From: a bacterium UBP13_UBA5359
GTDB taxonomy: Bacteria; UBP13; UBA5359
Direction of reading: 5' to 3'
DNA: 64,000 nucleotides
Assembly: GCA_002410925.1 (NCBI GenBank)
Contig: DHPR01000033.1
Location: 142,397 to 206,396, forward strand
The notes under the pieces are model-generated. The model was given only the letters and a program-made list of their open reading frames with translations, was not told where the DNA came from and made no database searches. Shown here piece after piece: positions 31,117-42,310 of this stretch; position 1 is the first letter of the stretch, and each line of letters opens with the position of its first letter. The position numbers were made by a program, and so were the translations under genes.

Positions 31117-32775
31117 TTATTTCAATACAGCGCCGGTGCCTGCCGAGGTTACCAGGCGGGCATAACGCCCCAGGTATCCCCCGCTAATCTTAGCCTTCGG
31201 CTCTTTCCAGGCGGAACGGCGCTGTGCCAGGACAGCATCATCGACAAGTAAATCCAGGCGCTTCTCAGGTATGTCAATGTTTATAGTATCGCCTTCCTCT
31301 ACGAGGGCTATAAGACCACCCTCCATAGCTTCTGGCGATATATGGCCTATTGCAGCACCCCTGGTCGCACCGGAAAAACGACCGTCAGTTATTAAAGCAA
31401 CGCATTTATCAAGTCCCATTCCTGCCAGCGTAGAGGTCGGTGAGAGCATCTCCCTCATGCCGGGACCACCCTTTGGACCTTCATAACGGATAACGATAAC
31501 ATCTCCTGCGTTTATCTTGCCGCCCGTTATAGCTGCCTGAGCCTCTTCCTCAGAATTGAAGACACGAGCCGGTCCCTGATGGCGAAGCATCTCATCAGCT
31601 ACGGCAGCCTGCTTGACAACAGCGCCTCCAGGGGCAATGTTTCCACGAAGAATGGCTATTCCGCCTTTTTCATGGTATGGATTATTCAAAGGCCTTATGA
31701 CATCCTCTCTTTTGACAGCAGCTCGTTCGAGATTCCTCCTGACGGTTTCTCCCGTTACGGTCAGAACATCGCCATTTATCAGCCCTGCTTTGCTAAGAGT
31801 TTTCATCACAGCCTGGACACCGCCGGCTTCATCAAGATCCACTAAAAAATGATTTCCGGCAGGCGCAAGATTGCAAAGGTGTGGTGTTTTATCGCTTATA
31901 GAATCAAAGGCCTCCAATTCCAACGGTACCCCTGCTTCAACAGCTATAGCCGGTACATGAAGAACCGTATTGGTAGAGCATCCTAGCGCCATATCCACGG
32001 TGATGGCATTGGCAAAGGCCTCTTTGGTCATTATATCGCGAGGCAATATGTTTCGCCGCCATACCTCTACAGCTTTCATGCCCGCTTCCTTGGCCAGGCG
32101 AATACGTGCTCCGCTTACTGCCGGCACCGTTCCGTTGCCGGGCATGCCCATACCCAGTGCCTCAACCAGACAGTTCATGGAATTAGCAGTGAACATTCCG
32201 GAACACGAGCCGCAGCCCGGGCAGGCGCACATTTCCAGTTCCTCCAAATCCTCACAGCTCATTTTGCCGGCGTTAACGGTGCCTACGGCTTCAAATACAT
32301 CTGTCACCGATACGGCGGAACCTCTATAGTTTCCGGGAAGCATAGGACCGCCGCTGATAACGACTGCGGGTATATTCAAGCGAGCTGCAGCCATCAGCAT
32401 GCCGGGAACGATTTTATCGCAATTGGGTATCAATACCAAAGCATCAAAACAATGCGCTGTGGCCATTGTTTCCACACTGTCGGCAATCAACTCTCGGCTC
32501 GCCAGCGAATATTTCATACCACGATGCCCCATAGCAATGCCGTCGCAAACACCTATGGCGCCAAATTCCACCGGCACACCACCGGCCATTCTTATGCCGG
32601 ATTTCACTGCCTCGGTAATCTTGCTCAAATGGATATGCCCAGGAATGATCTCATTGGCGGAATTACACACGCCTATGAGAGGCCGTTCCAACTCCTCAGG
32701 AGTATATCCCATAGCCATAAACAGAGATCTGTGCGGTGCTCTTTCTACACCTTTTTTGACCATATCGCTTTTCAA
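31117..32775 (-). CDS. ilvD: Dihydroxy-acid dehydratase
   Basis: N-terminus (M)[18 protein letters not shown] matches IlvD. CPGCGSC and SGG motifs present. TTG start. Confidence 0.9.
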   Translation of the reverse strand: MKSDMVKKGVERAPHRSLFMAMGYTPEELERPLIGVCNSANEIIPGHIHLSKITEAVKSGIRMAGGVPVEFGAIGVCDGIAMGHRGMKYSLASRELIADSVETMATAHCFDALVLIPNCDKIVPGMLMAAARLNIPAVVISGGPMLPGNYRGSAVSVTDVFEAVGTVNAGKMSCEDLEELEMCACPGCGSCSGMFTANSMNCLVEALGMGMPGNGTVPAVSGARIRLAKEAGMKAVEVWRRNILPRDIMTKEAFANAITVDMALGCSTNTVLHVPAIAVEAGVPLELEAFDSISDKTPHLCNLAPAGNHFLVDLDEAGGVQAVMKTLSKAGLINGDVLTVTGETVRRNLERAAVKREDVIRPLNNPYHEKGGIAILRGNIAPGGAVVKQAAVADEMLRHQGPARVFNSEEEAQAAITGGKINAGDVIVIRYEGPKGGPGMREMLSPTSTLAGMGLDKCVALITDGRFSGATRGAAIGHISPEAMEGGLIALVEEGDTINIDIPEKRLDLLVDDAVLAQRRSAWKEPKAKISGGYLGRYARLVTSAGTGAVLK

Positions 32776-32789
32776 AGCTATCCCTCTCC

Positions 32790-33060
32790 CTCCTCATAAA
32801 AAAAACCACTCGCCCTTAGGGACGAGAGGCCATGCCTTCGTGTTACCACCCTGGTTCGGATACATCGGCAAAGCTGTGCCGACAAAACCCTCTTGCGGCA
32901 GTATAACGCCCGCCAAACCGTCGCTGCCTAAACCGCATGGGGCTCAGCAGTGAGGCTCCAGGATGAGTTTCAGCGCAAGCAAGCACCGGATCTCAGCATA
33001 ACCGGCTCTCTGTGGCCTCTTTATTCGCTTACTTGGTCCCTTCACAGCCTTTATTCTATA
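32790..33060 (-). promoter_or_regulatory. T-box riboswitch leader of the ilv-leu operon (putative Leu CUC specifier)
   Basis: Minus-strand CAGGGTGGTAACACG T-box element (plus 32845-32862). Terminator CCUCUCGUCCC UAAG GGCGAGUGG followed by U9 immediately before the ilvD RBS. Candidate specifier AACUCA lies in the Stem I region. Confidence 0.7.
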
Positions 33061-33076
33061 TTTAAAATTCTATGGT

Positions 33077-33106
33077 AGTATATCATAGAGATTTCTGCGG
33101 CGTCAA
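33077..33106 (-). promoter_or_regulatory. Promoter for the ilv-leu T-box leader (extended -10)
   Basis: Minus-strand TTGACG, 18-nt spacer, TGATATACT. Confidence 0.35.
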
Positions 33107-33186
33107 GCAAAATTTAAGACAGGTAGGGGTCAGCTTGTGATGCTTGTCAAGCGTAAAGAGCTAACCCTATTACCTGACCCTATTAC

Positions 33187-34347
33187 TCATTGCTTGTGTC
33201 TTCTTACAAATTTTTCAATCCTTATCAATGCCTCTTCAATACGCTCATAGGAGGTGGAATAGGAGCACCTTACATACCCTTCGCCGCAAGCGCCGAATGC
33301 CGTTCCCGGAACAACGGCTACCTTCTCCTCGAACAAAAGACTTTCAGCAAACTTCTCACTTGTCAGCCCTGTTCTTTTTATAGAAGGAAAGATATAGAAT
33401 GCTCCGTCCGGCATAGGCACATCAAGACCGATCGCGTTGAGCCCCTGGTGTATCAGGCGACGGCGCCGGTTATATTCAGCGACCATCTCTTCAACCTCAG
33501 AGCCTTTATCCTTCAAAGCTTCGACGGCCGCCGTCTGGCTCATTATCGGCGCGCATAGCGCCACATACTGGTGAATCTTCACTGCGGCATTTAATATATC
33601 CACGGGGCCTGCTATATAACCCAGGCGCCAGCCGGTCATGGCATAGGCCTTGGAAAAGCCATTTAGTGTAACGACCCTCTCCTTCATTCCCGGCAGGGAG
33701 GCTATGGATAGATGCGCCATATCATAGGTCAGCTTTTCATATATTTCATCCGATATAACTATCAGATCATGTTTGACGGCTAACGCCGCTATCCGTTCAA
33801 GCTCCTCTGCAGGCAATGACATGCCGGTAGGATTATTGGGATAACAGAGCAATATTGCCTTTGTTCTCTCCGTTATGGCGCTTTCTATTATGTCAGCGGT
33901 CACTCTGAAACCGTCGGCACTGCTTGTCTCTGCCGGCACCGCTACGCCACCTGCCATAACAACACAGGGCTTGTATGATACATATGAAGGATCGAGAACG
34001 ATCACTTCATCACCGGAATTGAGAATAGCCCGCAACGTTATGTCCAAAGCTTCACTGACTCCAACGGTTATCAGTATCTCTTTCTCCGGATTATATTCCA
34101 CGCCGTGCACTTTGGTGATATGCCCTGATATGGCTTGGCGAAGCTCCAACAAGCCATGGTTGGAGGTATACATCGTCTGTCCCTGTGCCAGCGAAGCTAC
34201 ACAAGCATTTCTTATCCTCTCCGGAGTAATGAAATCCGGTTCGCCGATTCCCAGTGACAACACGCCATCCATTGTGGAAACTATATCAAAAAAGCGCCTG
34301 ATCCCTGACGGCGGCATGGCCTCTACAATTTGCGATACTCTACTCAT
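33187..34347 (-). CDS. Pyridoxal-phosphate-dependent aminotransferase, class I (aspartate aminotransferase-like)
   Basis: SKAYAMTGWRLGY PLP-lysine motif and NPTG motif. ATG at 34347 with an AGGAGG RBS. It overlaps the scpB stop by 8 nt. Confidence 0.8.
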   Translation of the reverse strand: MSRVSQIVEAMPPSGIRRFFDIVSTMDGVLSLGIGEPDFITPERIRNACVASLAQGQTMYTSNHGLLELRQAISGHITKVHGVEYNPEKEILITVGVSEALDITLRAILNSGDEVIVLDPSYVSYKPCVVMAGGVAVPAETSSADGFRVTADIIESAITERTKAILLCYPNNPTGMSLPAEELERIAALAVKHDLIVISDEIYEKLTYDMAHLSIASLPGMKERVVTLNGFSKAYAMTGWRLGYIAGPVDILNAAVKIHQYVALCAPIMSQTAAVEALKDKGSEVEEMVAEYNRRRRLIHQGLNAIGLDVPMPDGAFYIFPSIKRTGLTSEKFAESLLFEEKVAVVPGTAFGACGEGYVRCSYSTSYERIEEALIRIEKFVRRHKQ

Positions 34348-34891
34348 CTGTCGCCTCCTTTTTATCATCTGCTTCTTTCTCCTCCGGCAAAGGGGGTAAA
34401 TCATTCAATCCGCCGAAGCCAAAATATTCAAGAAACTCCTCAGTTGTTCCATATAATATCGGTCGCCCGACCGTATCCTTGCGCCCTACTACTTTTATCA
34501 GCCGGTGAAGGGAGAGGCGTTCGATAACGCCGTCGCAATTTACTCCCCTGATAGCTTCTATTTCAGCTCTGGTTACCGGCTGCTTGTAAGCGATTATAGC
34601 CATCGTCTCCATAGCAGCACGCGAAAGGCGTCCGCGTTCATGTGCCAGCAGCTTTTCAATATAATCTGCAAGCTCATTTCTAGTGCACATCTGATAGCCG
34701 CCCGCTACAGGTACTATCTGTAGACCTCCGGCTGCGTATTCATTCATAAGCTGTCGGGCAAGCTCTTCAACCGTATCAGGAGGCAATTCCAGCAACGTTG
34801 CTGCCTGCCTTATGTCAAGCGGCCCTCCGGCTACAAACAGCAACGCCTCCAGCGCGTTCTTTCGCTCTTCAAGCATTGACGTATTCCTCAC
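34340..34891 (-). CDS. scpB: Segregation and condensation protein B
   Basis: ALEALLFVAG and ETLAIIAY-like winged-helix motifs with an acidic C-terminus. Confidence 0.85.
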   Translation of the reverse strand: MRNTSMLEERKNALEALLFVAGGPLDIRQAATLLELPPDTVEELARQLMNEYAAGGLQIVPVAGGYQMCTRNELADYIEKLLAHERGRLSRAAMETMAIIAYKQPVTRAEIEAIRGVNCDGVIERLSLHRLIKVVGRKDTVGRPILYGTTEEFLEYFGFGGLNDLPPLPEEKEADDKKEATDE

Positions 34892-35630
34892 GCAAAAATA
34901 TCTCTATCTCACCAAAACATTTCTCCTGGGCAGCCATGATATATCTTTTTCTTATTAGCTCCAATATAGCCAGCAGGGTTACGATAATCTCCCGCCTGGC
35001 AGGCCTGTCGCTGAAAAGATGCCTAAAAGAGATACGCCCATCTGATCTGTGAAGCCTGGCCAATACCAGATCCACTCTCTGCTCAACAGTTATTTCATCC
35101 CTGGAGATCCTCTTTTCATCATCCGTTTCATCATCAACAGCGTTTTCCAGCACTCTCTGGAATGCCTCAAGCAAATCAAAAACCGATAAGGCTTCTGCTA
35201 TACCCGGGCTTATCGCAGGACGCAACTCTTCCAATTCAAGGGGATGGCGCACAAAGACACCACGCCATTCCGCTTCCCTTGCCGACATAGCCTGTGCCGC
35301 CTCTTTGTAACGCTTGTATTCCATAAGACGAGCTACAAGCATCTGTCGTGGGTCAGCTTCTTCTGCCATCTGAAGATCCTCCTTATCAGGAGGCAAAAGC
35401 ATCTTGGATTTTATTCGTAACAGCTCGGCGGCCATCACCAGAAATTCGGCGGCGATATTTATATTCAGCTCTTCCATCAGATGGATAAAATCAAGATATT
35501 GGGTCGTGATTTTTGCCATCTGAAGATTTTGAATATCCATTTCCGAGCGATTTATCAGGTGCAGAAGAAGATCCAGCGGACCTTCGAAATCATCCAACCT
35601 TATTATGCATACATTTTCCGATAAATCCAT
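34869..35630 (-). CDS. scpA: Segregation and condensation protein A
   Basis: N-terminal LDDFEGPLDLLLHLI, diagnostic of ScpA. Confidence 0.85.
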   Translation of the reverse strand: MDLSENVCIIRLDDFEGPLDLLLHLINRSEMDIQNLQMAKITTQYLDFIHLMEELNINIAAEFLVMAAELLRIKSKMLLPPDKEDLQMAEEADPRQMLVARLMEYKRYKEAAQAMSAREAEWRGVFVRHPLELEELRPAISPGIAEALSVFDLLEAFQRVLENAVDDETDDEKRISRDEITVEQRVDLVLARLHRSDGRISFRHLFSDRPARREIIVTLLAILELIRKRYIMAAQEKCFGEIEIFLREEYVNA

Positions 35631-35634
35631 ATGC

Positions 35635-36609
35635 TTATAATCCCATGGCTTTCATGGCTAAAGAGAGATTGGATGCTGCCGTGACGGAGGCCTTCTCGGC
35701 GCCATCAGCCAGCAAACGATCAACGATATCCGGCTCCTTCTCATAATGTTTACGGCTTTCATGAATAGGATGTAAATACTCTATGATAGCATCAGCCAAA
35801 TACCCCTTGCATTTTACACAACCCAGCTTCCCCTCCCGGCATTGAGCTTCTATCTCACTGCAGCTTTCAGATAGAAATATATTTTCGTAAGCGAAGACAT
35901 TGCAGCTTTCCGGCCGACCGGGACTATCCTTATATATCTTCTGCGGATCGGTTACCGCACTCCTTATTCTTTCCCGGATGGTTTTGGCATCATCGGAGAG
36001 AAAGATGCAATTGCCATAACTCTTGCTCATTTTTCGCCCATCCAGACCAGCCACTTTAGAAGAAGCCGTCAGAAGCGCCCTGGGTTCGGGGAAGACTGCG
36101 CCGTAAAGATAATTGAAACGCCTGGCGATCTCTCTGGTCAGTTCCAGATGCGGCAACTGATCCTCGCCGACGGGAACGGTATCAGCTTTGTAAAGCAGGA
36201 TATCCGCCGCCTGCAGCAGAGGATAGCCTAAAAAGCCGTATGTCGAGAGATCCTTTCCTTTTATCTCCTGCATCTGCTCCTTATAGGTGGGGCATCTCTC
36301 CAGCCATGGCAAAGGGGTTATCATGGAAAGCATCAGATGGAGAACGGCATGCTGATAAACATCTGACTGCCGAAAGATTATGGCCTTTTCAGGGTCAATA
36401 CCAGCACTGAGCCAATCAATGACCATCTGACGTACATTCTCACGAAGAGCCGATGAATCTTCATATTCAGATGTCAATGCATGCCAATCGGCCACCATGA
36501 AGTAACATTGATACTCATCTTGAAGTTCTTTCCAATTATTTAGAACACCGAGCAAATGTCCCAGATGCAGCCTGCCGGTCGGCCGCATACCGCTAAGAAT
36601 AGTTCCCAT
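35635..36609 (-). CDS. trpS: Tryptophan--tRNA ligase
   Basis: Class I HIGH-like GHLLG and KMSKS motifs. A 324-aa TrpS. Confidence 0.9.
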   Translation of the reverse strand: MGTILSGMRPTGRLHLGHLLGVLNNWKELQDEYQCYFMVADWHALTSEYEDSSALRENVRQMVIDWLSAGIDPEKAIIFRQSDVYQHAVLHLMLSMITPLPWLERCPTYKEQMQEIKGKDLSTYGFLGYPLLQAADILLYKADTVPVGEDQLPHLELTREIARRFNYLYGAVFPEPRALLTASSKVAGLDGRKMSKSYGNCIFLSDDAKTIRERIRSAVTDPQKIYKDSPGRPESCNVFAYENIFLSESCSEIEAQCREGKLGCVKCKGYLADAIIEYLHPIHESRKHYEKEPDIVDRLLADGAEKASVTAASNLSLAMKAMGL

Positions 36610-36621
36610 TCAATCCTCCAA

Positions 36622-37329
36622 TTAAGCACCGAGCAAAAGTGTAGCTGACGGAAATACGATTGCTCTGGCTAGAAAGCTGATGACATTGGTAAATATAAGA
36701 AGCAGAAGAATGAGCATGCCGTAAGGCTCAATTTTCGACAGAGCGTAAGCCTGCCTGCGAGGCAGCAAGCCCATCAGAATCTTCGAGCCATCCAAAGGCG
36801 GCACTGGCAGCAGGTTGAATATTGCCAGCATTATATTAATAACAACGCCTGTAACGCATACGGTTCCTATAATTTCAGCAAGGAATGAATAATCGAAGAT
36901 ACCTGTTCCCACCGTAATTCTAAATATAATTGCATATGACAATGCCTGCAAAATATTGGCAGCAGGCCCTGCAAGCGACACCATGATCATGCCTCGACGC
37001 GGATCCTTTATATTATAAATATTAACGGGTACAGGTTTGGCCCACCCAAAGCCGACGCCGGCTGCAAGGGAGACAAGAAAGAAGATTGCCCCCAGTGGAT
37101 CAATATGTGAAACGGGATTTAAAGTCAGCCGGCCGGACCATTTGGCTGTGGGATCACCCAGCCGGTATGCCACCCAGCCATGTGCCACTTCATGAAGAAT
37201 AATGGCCAGTAGAAAAACAGGCAATGAAACTAAAATAGATTTTAAATCCAACGAAATCTGCTCCTCTGATAAAGTACCGGCATCCGATTTACAGTGTAGT
37301 TTAACATAATCAGAGAGCTTTCTCAACAC
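36622..37329 (-). CDS. Site-2 protease family (M50) membrane metalloprotease
   Basis: HEVAHG zinc motif inside a TM helix. Multi-TM protein. Confidence 0.75.
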   Translation of the reverse strand: MLRKLSDYVKLHCKSDAGTLSEEQISLDLKSILVSLPVFLLAIILHEVAHGWVAYRLGDPTAKWSGRLTLNPVSHIDPLGAIFFLVSLAAGVGFGWAKPVPVNIYNIKDPRRGMIMVSLAGPAANILQALSYAIIFRITVGTGIFDYSFLAEIIGTVCVTGVVINIMLAIFNLLPVPPLDGSKILMGLLPRRQAYALSKIEPYGMLILLLLIFTNVISFLARAIVFPSATLLLGA

Positions 37330-37332
37330 GCT

Positions 37333-38634
37333 TCAGGAGTTATCAAAGAAGGATTTTTTCATAAACAGAGCCGCCATCAAGGTTGTCAATGTCAGAAAAA
37401 TTGCGCTGATATAAAAAGGCATATTGAAGCCTAAAATGTCCTTTGCATATCCGCCCACTATAGGCCCAATGACAGAACCAATGCCCTGCGCAGTACCCAG
37501 CATACCCATCACTGCCCCTATTCTGCCCCTTGGGGCGGCTTCAGTTATATGCGCCAGCCAAGCCGGTACTGCTGTCACAAAACCTAATCCTGTTATAATA
37601 CCTAAGGGCAGAAAGAGGAGCAGAGTTTTGGCAAAGGGGATAAGCCATAGAGCTATTGACGCCATTATCCCCCCTATAATTACAGCTGTTCGTTTGCCTA
37701 TATGATCGGCCATTCTGCCCAGCGGGATGGAAAAAAGAGCAATGCCGGCCGCCGGCAAAAGAAAGAGAATAGGTATCTTGGACTGGCTTATACCCATTAC
37801 TTCAGTAATATATTTAATCAGTATAGGTGATAGGGCGCTGATGCCCAGCATCTGTATAGTCCCCATAAGATAAAGGGCCGGCAGAGAGCCTTGAAAGAGC
37901 TCGCGCTGTCTTGAAAATATCCCTTGCAAGCGAGGGCGCTTATCGTTTTTGGCTTCCTTCACAGGCACCTCTTTAATTTTTGTTGCACGATTTCCGGTCT
38001 CTCTCTCTGCGGCCCCATCTTTAACTGCAACAGAAGGCTGCCTATGCCAGCTGACCGACCAGGCTATTAGCAGGGAGAGAAAGAATAATAGGCTTACCAT
38101 ATAAAAGAGAAAGCGTGCTTCAGCAAAACGAGCCACCACCAAGCTGCCGACAACAGGTCCAAGGCCCACTCCAATCATATAGGCCATATTGAAGACGCTT
38201 AACGCCGTCGTTCTCTCTCTTATATCCACTACGTCAGCGGCAATAGCGCTGATAGAAGGCCACAGCGCTGCCGCACCGGCACCATCTACAGCTCTAAAAA
38301 AGAGTATAAGATAAGTAAAGGGGGAAATGGCTATCAGCAAGGGCATCAAGGTAGAAGCCGCCATACCGGCTACCATTAACGGCTTCCTGCCGATGCGATC
38401 GCTAAGATGCCCCAATATCGGCTTGAAAATCATTTCCGTTCCCGTAAAGGCTGCTATGGCAAGCCCAACAAAGGTATAGCCGGTCTTAAAGCTTTCAGTC
38501 AGATAAAGCGGCAATCCGAAAATCAGCATCAGCGAATACCCCATCTCAGCTATGACAGAAAGCACTGCCAGCGGCAGCAAGACGGGATATCGTTCAAAGA
38601 TAGAAATGTAGGTGCTGTGCAAGCGCTTCAGCAT
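37333..38634 (-). CDS. MFS transporter
   Basis: About 12 predicted TM helices, a D-R-x-G-R-K-like loop (LSDRIGRKP) and a central hydrophilic loop. Confidence 0.7.
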   Translation of the reverse strand: MLKRLHSTYISIFERYPVLLPLAVLSVIAEMGYSLMLIFGLPLYLTESFKTGYTFVGLAIAAFTGTEMIFKPILGHLSDRIGRKPLMVAGMAASTLMPLLIAISPFTYLILFFRAVDGAGAAALWPSISAIAADVVDIRERTTALSVFNMAYMIGVGLGPVVGSLVVARFAEARFLFYMVSLLFFLSLLIAWSVSWHRQPSVAVKDGAAERETGNRATKIKEVPVKEAKNDKRPRLQGIFSRQRELFQGSLPALYLMGTIQMLGISALSPILIKYITEVMGISQSKIPILFLLPAAGIALFSIPLGRMADHIGKRTAVIIGGIMASIALWLIPFAKTLLLFLPLGIITGLGFVTAVPAWLAHITEAAPRGRIGAVMGMLGTAQGIGSVIGPIVGGYAKDILGFNMPFYISAIFLTLTTLMAALFMKKSFFDNS

Positions 38635-38668
38635 ATTATCGCTCGTTTTTTTTCATATCATTGCCTGC

Positions 38669-39133
38669 TTAAAGAGCCTTTATCAGATTAGCCATCTCAA
38701 TGGCGGTTACGGCTGCATCCCATCCCTTGTTGCCGCTCTTGGAGCCAGCCCGCTCTATAGCTTGTTCCAGATTATCGGCAGTAATTACGCCAAAGGTTAT
38801 CGGAACGCCTGTAGCTGAAGATGCCTGCGCTATTCCCTTAGCCGCCTCAGCGGCTACATAATCAAAATGTGGTGTGCCGCCACGTATTATTGCTCCAAGG
38901 CAGATAACGGCATCATATTTGCCACTTTCAGCCATCTTTCTAGCAATCAGCGGTAGCTCGAAGGCACCGGGAGCATAAGCTACTTCCATCGCCTCTTCGG
39001 ATAAACCGTGACGCTTCAAAGCATCCATGGCTCCATCAAGCAGGCGCATAGTAATGATCTCATTAAACCTGCTGACCGTAATACCAATTGATAATCCTTC
39101 AGCAACCAGATTCCCCTCATAAATTTTAAACAT
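38669..39133 (-). CDS. ribH: 6,7-dimethyl-8-ribityllumazine synthase
   Basis: Full-length RibH similarity. ATG at 39133 with a GGAGG RBS. Confidence 0.9.
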   Translation of the reverse strand: MFKIYEGNLVAEGLSIGITVSRFNEIITMRLLDGAMDALKRHGLSEEAMEVAYAPGAFELPLIARKMAESGKYDAVICLGAIIRGGTPHFDYVAAEAAKGIAQASSATGVPITFGVITADNLEQAIERAGSKSGNKGWDAAVTAIEMANLIKAL

Positions 39134-39177
39134 TGCTTCCTCCATTTTTTGTGTTTGCGAGGTCAGGACTTTACCTC

Positions 39178-40482
39178 CTATACCGTCAAATAGTGCCCCA
39201 TTTTGTGCCGCTTGGTCCTAAGATAGGCCATGTTCTTCGCATTGGCTTCTATTTCCAGAGAGATTCGTTCTACTATGGAGAGCCCATACCCTTCCAGCCC
39301 TACAATCTTTCGCGGATTGTTAGTTATAAGACGTATGCGTCGTAATCCCAGGTCGTATAATATTTGAGCACCGATACCGTAATCTCGCAGGTCCGGAGGA
39401 AAGCCCAGTTCAATATTAGCCTCGACAGTATCCCTGCCTTTGTCCTGCAACGCATAGGCCTTCAGCTTATTAGCCAAGCCTATCCCCCGCCCTTCCTGCC
39501 GCATATAAAGCAGAACGCCGCCTTCTTTGGCTATCAATTTCATGGCCGCATGCAATTGCTCACCACAATCGCATCTTCGGCTTCCAAAGACATCGCCGGT
39601 AAGACACTCAGAGTGTACTCTGACCAGATGAGCCTTATCCGGGTTTAATTCACCCATCACCAAAGCCAGATGTGTATCCCCCTGGCATAAAACAGTGTCA
39701 TAGGCGAAGGCTTTGAACTCACCATATAAAGTGGGAAGCTTTGTATCGGCCACCTTAGCGATCAAACGTTCTTTTCTTCGTCTATACTCGATAATATCTT
39801 CTACGGATATTATCATTAAATCATATTTTTTAGCAAAAAGTTCCAGCTGAGGCCTTCTGGCCATGCTCCCATCCTCATTCATGATCTCGCAGATAACTCC
39901 AGCAGGAGATAGACCTGCCGCTTTGGTCAGATCCACAGCTGCCTCTGTATGGCCGGCTCGCACCAAAACGCCGCCATCTCGGGCAATCAAGGGAAAGATA
40001 TGCCCGGGACGCCTGAGGCTCTCCGGGAGGCTTTCAGGATTTGCTGCCGTCTTTATCGTCCAGGCGCGATCATGGGCAGATATACCTGTAGTGATTCCTT
40101 TAGCGGCATCAATGGAGACGGTAAAAGCAGTTTGCATGCTTTCGGTGTTAATCGGCACCATCGGAGCCAGATCGAGCCTGTCTGCCGCCTTCTCTTCCAA
40201 GGGCATACATATGAGACCCCGGCCATGGAGCGCCATGAAATTAACCGTTTCCGGTGTAATCAACTCCGCGGCAGCCAGCAGATCGCCCTCATTCTCCCTA
40301 TCGTCATCGTCAACTACAATTATCATTCCGCCGGATCGTATCGCATCAAGAGCAGCCTCCACTCGCTTTACGACCGCAGCAGAGTTATGCTTTTTACCCC
40401 CTTCGGGCATAGCTACCGGTAATTTACTCTCTTCACTACAGGAAAAGAAGCTGTTGCTTGTTGTCATTTTTATATTTTCCAT
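39178..40482 (-). CDS. ribBA: Bifunctional 3,4-dihydroxy-2-butanone-4-phosphate synthase / GTP cyclohydrolase II
   Basis: DRENEGDL motif (DHBP synthase) and CxCG...C zinc motif (GTP cyclohydrolase II). ATG at 40482 with an AGGAGG RBS. Confidence 0.9.
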   Translation of the reverse strand: MENIKMTTSNSFFSCSEESKLPVAMPEGGKKHNSAAVVKRVEAALDAIRSGGMIIVVDDDDRENEGDLLAAAELITPETVNFMALHGRGLICMPLEEKAADRLDLAPMVPINTESMQTAFTVSIDAAKGITTGISAHDRAWTIKTAANPESLPESLRRPGHIFPLIARDGGVLVRAGHTEAAVDLTKAAGLSPAGVICEIMNEDGSMARRPQLELFAKKYDLMIISVEDIIEYRRRKERLIAKVADTKLPTLYGEFKAFAYDTVLCQGDTHLALVMGELNPDKAHLVRVHSECLTGDVFGSRRCDCGEQLHAAMKLIAKEGGVLLYMRQEGRGIGLANKLKAYALQDKGRDTVEANIELGFPPDLRDYGIGAQILYDLGLRRIRLITNNPRKIVGLEGYGLSIVERISLEIEANAKNMAYLRTKRHKMGHYLTV

Positions 40483-40556
40483 GCAGGCCCCTCCTAATTC
40501 CTGTTCTTTCATAAATTCGAATTTCCACAATTCATGTCCCGGCCTATATGCCGTAT

Positions 40557-41213
40557 CTACCTTCCAAGCCATTCCTCAAGCAGGCCGGGTCTCTGCTCAG
40601 AGAGAGCACCCTTATCCGGCCTTGGTTTAGGATCAGCCTCAAGCAGGCGCTTTGTATATCTAGCCAATATATCGACCTCAACATTAACTCTACGCCCTAC
40701 GACCGGCTTTTTCATAGTCGTTACCTGCCTGGTATACTCAACCAGTGAAACGGTAAAGCAATTACCTTTTACGGCAACCACCGTCAGACTTATCCCTTCC
40801 ACGGTTATAGACCCTTTAACGGCTATCATCGGCATTAATTCAGCCGGCACGGCTACTCTAACCAGAAGAGCATCGTCCTCGGCTTTCAACTCTGCTATCT
40901 CTCCTGCTGCATCGATATGCCCGCTGACAAAATGCCCTCCCAACGGCTTGCCAAGGCATAAAGCCCTTTCCAGATTCACCTCGTCGCCGGCATGCAATGC
41001 GCCCAGATTGGTCAGACGTACTGTTTCCGGCATTAAGGACATCTTTACCCGGCTGCCCTTAATGACATCCACTGTCAGACAAGCACCATTGACAGCCAGG
41101 CTATCCCCCGGGGATACCGACAGCTTGCCGATATCAACCGTCAATTCTGCCCCTGCCCCCTTGCGCCTTATGCTCTCCACTCTACCAACTGCTTCTATCA
41201 AACCGGTAAACAA
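40557..41213 (-). CDS. ribE: Riboflavin synthase alpha subunit
   Basis: (M)[10 protein letters not shown]-terminus and two lumazine-binding repeats. TTG start. Overlaps the ribD end. Confidence 0.85.
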   Translation of the reverse strand: MFTGLIEAVGRVESIRRKGAGAELTVDIGKLSVSPGDSLAVNGACLTVDVIKGSRVKMSLMPETVRLTNLGALHAGDEVNLERALCLGKPLGGHFVSGHIDAAGEIAELKAEDDALLVRVAVPAELMPMIAVKGSITVEGISLTVVAVKGNCFTVSLVEYTRQVTTMKKPVVGRRVNVEVDILARYTKRLLEADPKPRPDKGALSEQRPGLLEEWLGR

Positions 41214-42310
41214 TCCACATCCCTCACTCTCAGCCGCCCACGGCATAGAATATCATCGCCGATACGCCGCCATGTGATCTCTTCCAACCCATAAGAATTG
41301 TCTACCTCTTTCAGATTCAACGCCCCCAGCAGAGGCAGGCTTTCGCCGCCAAGAAAGAAGGGAGCCATAAAGATGAAGGCTTCGTCTATCAGGCCCTGAA
41401 CCAACATAGCCGTAGAAAGCCTGGCTCCGCTTTCAAGCAGAATTGTCGCTATTCCCATGTCTGGCAACAAACGCAGCAAAGCGTTCAAATCCACGTGACG
41501 CCCGTTGCCGGCTTCGATTATCCGGGCACCTCTCTTGCTGAGGGCTTCCACTCTGGCAGCAGGTGCATTCCGGGTTACCGCTATAAATATCTTACCCTTA
41601 CCGTTGAAGAGCCTGGCATCAAGCGGTGTAACGGCCATGCTATCGACTATAATACGCGCTGGATGAAACCGACTTGAAATACGTACATCCAGCCTGGGAT
41701 CGTCGGCCAGAACAGTTCCGCTGCCGACCATGACCGCATCATGGTTAGCCCTGAGCGCCTGCACGCGCTGACGAGAAGCTTGAGAGGTTATCCATTTCGA
41801 TTGCCCGTCGGCTAAAGCGGTACGTCCGTCCAGAGAAGCCGCCGCCTTCCAGGCAACAAAGGGCAAACCGCTGGCAATGTATTTGGTAAAGCCCCTGTTA
41901 AGCTCCCTGCATTTCTCCTCCAGAATATCCTTTTCCACATATATACCCGCCCTCTGCAACCGTTCCAGACCTGCTCCTGCCACCAGCGGATTCGGATCAA
42001 CCATACCGACGTAAACGCTCTTGATTCCAGCAGCAATTATAGCCTCCACACATGGTGGCGTTTTGCCGTGATGAGCGCAAGGCTCCAGGTTAACGAAGAG
42101 CTCCGCATCCCGGCAATCCCCGGCATCGGCTATGGCAGCTGCTTCAGCATGCAGCCCCCCATAGACGGCATGCAGGCCTCGACCTATAACCTTGCCATCG
42201 CGAATCACAACCGCTCCTACCAGAGGATTGGGGCTCACTTTCCCTCTGCTCCGGCAGGCCATACCGAGAGCCATGCGCATAAAACGATCTTTATCAGCAC
42301 CGATCATCAT
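41198..42310 (-). CDS. ribD: Bifunctional riboflavin-biosynthesis deaminase/reductase
   Basis: CMP/dCMP-deaminase zinc motif (HAE...PCxxC) followed by a RibD reductase domain. Confidence 0.85.
   Translation of the reverse strand: MMIGADKDRFMRMALGMACRSRGKVSPNPLVGAVVIRDGKVIGRGLHAVYGGLHAEAAAIADAGDCRDAELFVNLEPCAHHGKTPPCVEAIIAAGIKSVYVGMVDPNPLVAGAGLERLQRAGIYVEKDILEEKCRELNRGFTKYIASGLPFVAWKAAASLDGRTALADGQSKWITSQASRQRVQALRANHDAVMVGSGTVLADDPRLDVRISSRFHPARIIVDSMAVTPLDARLFNGKGKIFIAVTRNAPAARVEALSKRGARIIEAGNGRHVDLNALLRLLPDMGIATILLESGARLSTAMLVQGLIDEAFIFMAPFFLGGESLPLLGALNLKEVDNSYGLEEITWRRIGDDILCRGRLRVRDVDCLPV

Noticed and set aside
33163-33186. Tandem direct repeat CCCTATTAC x2 with 13-nt periodicity just downstream of the aminotransferase stop
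   Set aside because: It is too short and isolated. It is probably part of the ilv leader promoter-upstream region rather than a repeat element.
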